26,676 nucleotides of DNA, taken from Bdellovibrionia bacterium. GTDB taxonomy: Bacteria; Bdellovibrionota; UBA1018. Of the stretch, positions 24,049-26,676 are shown piece after piece; positions within the stretch are counted from its first letter, which is position 1, and every line of letters starts with the position of its first letter. Both the position numbers and the translations under genes were made by a program. The notes beneath the pieces are model-generated. The model saw only the letters and a program-made list of their open reading frames with translations. It was not told the origin of the DNA and ran no database searches. The stretch lies in contig JBDSKY010000203.1 of NCBI GenBank assembly GCA_039916675.1, positions 1-26,676 on the forward strand, in the 5' to 3' direction.

Positions 24049-26676
24049 ATGATTCCATTGAGACAAAAGCTAGTAAGCATCAATCTGCTGATCTTACTTT
24101 TAGCGATAGTTTCGTTTGGCACAACTACCTACAAAGGCCTAATTGGCTTGTCAGAGAAGTTTTCAGGGTTGAATTTGCAGCGTTCGGAGTCGGTAAAAGA
24201 ATCCTACCGTAAGGTCTCCGACGAAAATATTCAAAAGATTAAAACCATTTACGAGCAAAACCTGAAAAACAAAGGCATACAGCTCCTGAGCAAGGACAGC
24301 ACTTCCTTAGCATCGATGATTGCTGACAACTCCTACACTGGGGTTGCTCAATTTTTACAAAAAACTTTTGAAAATGACCGCGACATTGTTTTGGCGACTT
24401 ATTTTACGGCGGATAAAAAAGACATTCAAGCCTGGCATTTTACATCCTCTCAATACAAAGATGGACTGGTATCGCCTACCGTTTACGACCGTAAAGCAAA
24501 AAGTTGGAGCGGGCACCTAAAAAACGGAAAAAAGGTCAAGGTCTCAGATCCCTCTATTTTAGAACTGATAAAATATAACGATAAATCTGTTAAGTTTGTG
24601 GAATATGAAATTAACGGAGAAAAAAAATTCGGCTTCGATTGTGTCATTCCATTCATAGAAGGAAAGTCAGGCAATTTGATAAAGATTGCCAGGGCAAAAG
24701 GAGAACTAGTTGGCTATTTGCGATACATTCTCTCACCCGAAGAAATGTATCGCGCAATTTCTTCGGAAAAAGCGACACTTGAAGAAAGACTAAAATCACT
24801 GGAGACTCAGAATCAAAGGATCCTAAAGACATCGCAAGAAACCGCATCCCAATCAAGCAAGCGAGTATTGGAAACCTTAGCCTTCGTAGGCTTGCTGGTC
24901 ATATTCTTCGGAACTTTAGTATCTCTAATGGGAGCGACTCGAATTTCAAATCCTGTTAAAATTTTGACCGAAATTGCAGGCAACATGGAAAAGGGCAACT
25001 ATTCCCAGACTATTAAACTTGTCAGCAATGACGAAATCGGCATTCTTGCAAATGCGTTCCAAAACATGAGCAACTCAATTCAAAGAAGAGACCAAGAGTT
25101 AGAAAATATTAATAGAAACTTAGAAGAAGCAATTGAGCTCCGAACGTTGGAGTTAAAAAATGAAAATCGAAAAATATCGGGTCTCCTAAATAACATGAAG
25201 CAGGCAGTTTTTGCGGTTTCCTCGGACTATAAAGCTGTTCCACCCGTATCTACTTTTTCTAATTCGGTCTTCAAACAACCCGTGGTCGGAAAATCGATTT
25301 TTGAATTTCTCTATAAAGACCTAGATCCCAATGGCGATCAAATGGCGAGTTTAAAATCCGCTTTGACCGCGGTCTACGGAGAGGATGATCTTCAATGGGA
25401 TCTCATGGAAGGACTATTCCCCAAGCGAATTGAAATTAAGGGAAATTCAACTGCAAAAACAATCGGAGCCGATGAATCATTGCAAGAAGACAATGAAGAT
25501 CGGGTACTACGTATCAGCTACAGCCCCCTGTTCGCAGAGAATCAAGTTATCGATAAGATTATGATGGTCGTCGAAGACATCACAAAAGTAGAATACTTAG
25601 AGAAAGAAATAATAGCTCAGCGACAGAAAGCAGAGATTCTCTTTCAGTTGACTGAGAATGACTTAGAGCTGGTGAAGGGGTACTTCAGCACCGCAGGGAA
25701 TATGTTAGCTGAGATCGCACAGACTTTGAGATCGAAAACTCCTGATGCAGCTATGATTAGCCAAGTGCTGAGACACTTACATACTGTAAAAGGAAATTCG
25801 AGGAGTTTAGATTTTTTTAGCGTGTCTAAAGTAACTCATGAGGTCGAAACTGAAGTTGAAGCTTTAAGAAAATACCTGAGTGTACCTGAGGATACTTTAA
25901 TACCACCCGAAGAACTTAAACCTCTTAGAGAGGGCGTGGCCAAAATACGTTCCGAAGTTCAGAAATACCTTCAAGTGGGTGCTCAACTTTTTGGTTTAGA
26001 GAACGACTTAGTTGTAAAAGGATCCTTCGAATTTCATGAAAAAATGGTTGCGGCGAGCTGGGATAAGCCGCCACAAAAACCCAAGATATTTCTGGCTGCA
26101 GAGATCGCTCAGGAGATCGGACATGGTGAGCTTTCACAGAGCCTCACTTCTTTGAGTTCTCCAGCATCAGAACCTCCTACCGAGGAAGAGTGGCTCAGAA
26201 TTATTCGGCAGAGCGTCTATTTGTTGTATAATTCCCCCATATTTGTTGAACATTCTCCCCTTCCAGCGGTGTGGGTGGCGCTGGGCTTAAAGCTTTGGGA
26301 AGTATCCGAAGGCTTAGAAAAATATAAAACTTCAGGATCGAGCAGTAGCGCAATGGTTGAGGCATTGGCGAAAATAGAGGATGCGTGGTCGTATACTTCT
26401 GCCGCTGGTCTATTTTTCTATGCGGGATACTTTCGCAAAATAGGGACTCTACTTGAGAGTGCAGAACATGAAGTGTTGTCGTCTCTTGAAGAAAATATGT
26501 GGGCCCAGTTTCTCTTGACCGCACGACTCCATACCAATTACAAGCTACAACCAGATGAATTGAAAAGACTGGGCACGGCACTATCGCAGTTAACAACAAA
26601 ATCAACAGACCAAGCTTCACTGCTTAAGTCGTTAAACGGTTACCAAACCTGGGTTGTATCATTATTTAATGCATTA
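24049..26676 (+). CDS. Membrane sensor with TM-periplasmic-TM-HAMP-PAS-Hpt architecture, probably a CheA-like histidine kinase; 3' end outside window
   Basis: Manual translation gives 876 codons without a stop (MIPLRQKLVSINLLILLLAIVSFG...). TM2 LAFVGLLVIFFGTLVSL; HAMP ISNPVKILTEIA..DEIGILANAFQNM; PAS-like LLNNMKQAVFAV..VVEDIT; Hpt RHLHTVKGNSR (His578, codon 25780-25782). Absent from the ORF track. Confidence 0.85.
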   Translation, partial: MIPLRQKLVSINLLILLLAIVSFGTTTYKGLIGLSEKFSGLNLQRSESVKESYRKVSDENIQKIKTIYEQNLKNKGIQLLSKDSTSLASMIADNSYTGVAQFLQKTFENDRDIVLATYFTADKKDIQAWHFTSSQYKDGLVSPTVYDRKAKSWSGHLKNGKKVKVSDPSILELIKYNDKSVKFVEYEINGEKKFGFDCVIPFIEGKSGNLIKIARAKGELVGYLRYILSPEEMYRAISSEKATLEERLKSLETQNQRILKTSQETASQSSKRVLETLAFVGLLVIFFGTLVSLMGATRISNPVKILTEIAGNMEKGNYSQTIKLVSNDEIGILANAFQNMSNSIQRRDQELENINRNLEEAIELRTLELKNENRKISGLLNNMKQAVFAVSSDYKAVPPVSTFSNSVFKQPVVGKSIFEFLYKDLDPNGDQMASLKSALTAVYGEDDLQWDLMEGLFPKRIEIKGNSTAKTIGADESLQEDNEDRVLRISYSPLFAENQVIDKIMMVVEDITKVEYLEKEIIAQRQKAEILFQLTENDLELVKGYFSTAGNMLAEIAQTLRSKTPDAAMISQVLRHLHTVKGNSRSLDFFSVSKVTHEVETEVEALRKYLSVPEDTLIPPEELKPLREGVAKIRSEVQKYLQVGAQLFGLENDLVVKGSFEFHEKMVAASWDKPPQKPKIFLAAEIAQEIGHGELSQSLTSLSSPASEPPTEEEWLRIIRQSVYLLYNSPIFVEHSPLPAVWVALGLKLWEVSEGLEKYKTSGSSSSAMVEALAKIEDAWSYTSAAGLFFYAGYFRKIGTLLESAEHEVLSSLEENMWAQFLLTARLHTNYKLQPDELKRLGTALSQLTTKSTDQASLLKSLNGYQTWVVSLFNAL

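Noticed and set aside
26201-26620. 139-aa minus-strand ORF, plus short ORFs at 24320-24998 and 25925-26137
   Set aside because: All lie within the continuous 24049-26676 plus-strand sensor frame, which has clear HAMP, PAS and Hpt motifs.
1-26676. CRISPR arrays, tRNA/rRNA, IS or integrase genes, long tandem DNA repeats
   Set aside because: None seen by eye. Intergenic gaps are short and no transposase or recombinase motifs occur in the translations.

Overview
Gene-dense bacterial window, most consistent with a Bdellovibrionota-type (predator-lineage) genome; this is inferred from gene content and synteny. There are two modules. (1) 145-16462, all on the minus strand: a Tad/Flp pilus locus with tadC, DUF192, three FHA-domain membrane proteins, a degenerate PP2C phosphatase, three Flp-type pilins, prepilin peptidase, cpaB, a cpaC secretin, a CpaE-CpaF double-ATPase fusion and tadB. 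It ends in a short secreted RHS/YD-repeat protein and a tiny secreted disordered protein, an arrangement resembling the Bdellovibrio hit locus (bd0109/bd0108) joined to an FHA/TPR module reminiscent of the Myxococcus Kil Tad system. (2) 17668-26676: a probable trans-envelope signalling cassette with two orphan periplasmic binding proteins, a TonB-dependent receptor, a CheX-like phosphatase, a PAS-SpoIIE phosphatase and a large TM-HAMP-PAS-Hpt sensor that runs off the window end and is absent from the ORF track. nagZ lies between the modules and an ABC ATPase 5' fragment lies at the left edge. Three sigma28-like promoters with identical spacing (T[T/A]AAG-N15-NCCGAT) precede flp, cpaB and the Hpt sensor, linking both modules. 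No rRNA, tRNA, CRISPR array or mobile element was seen.
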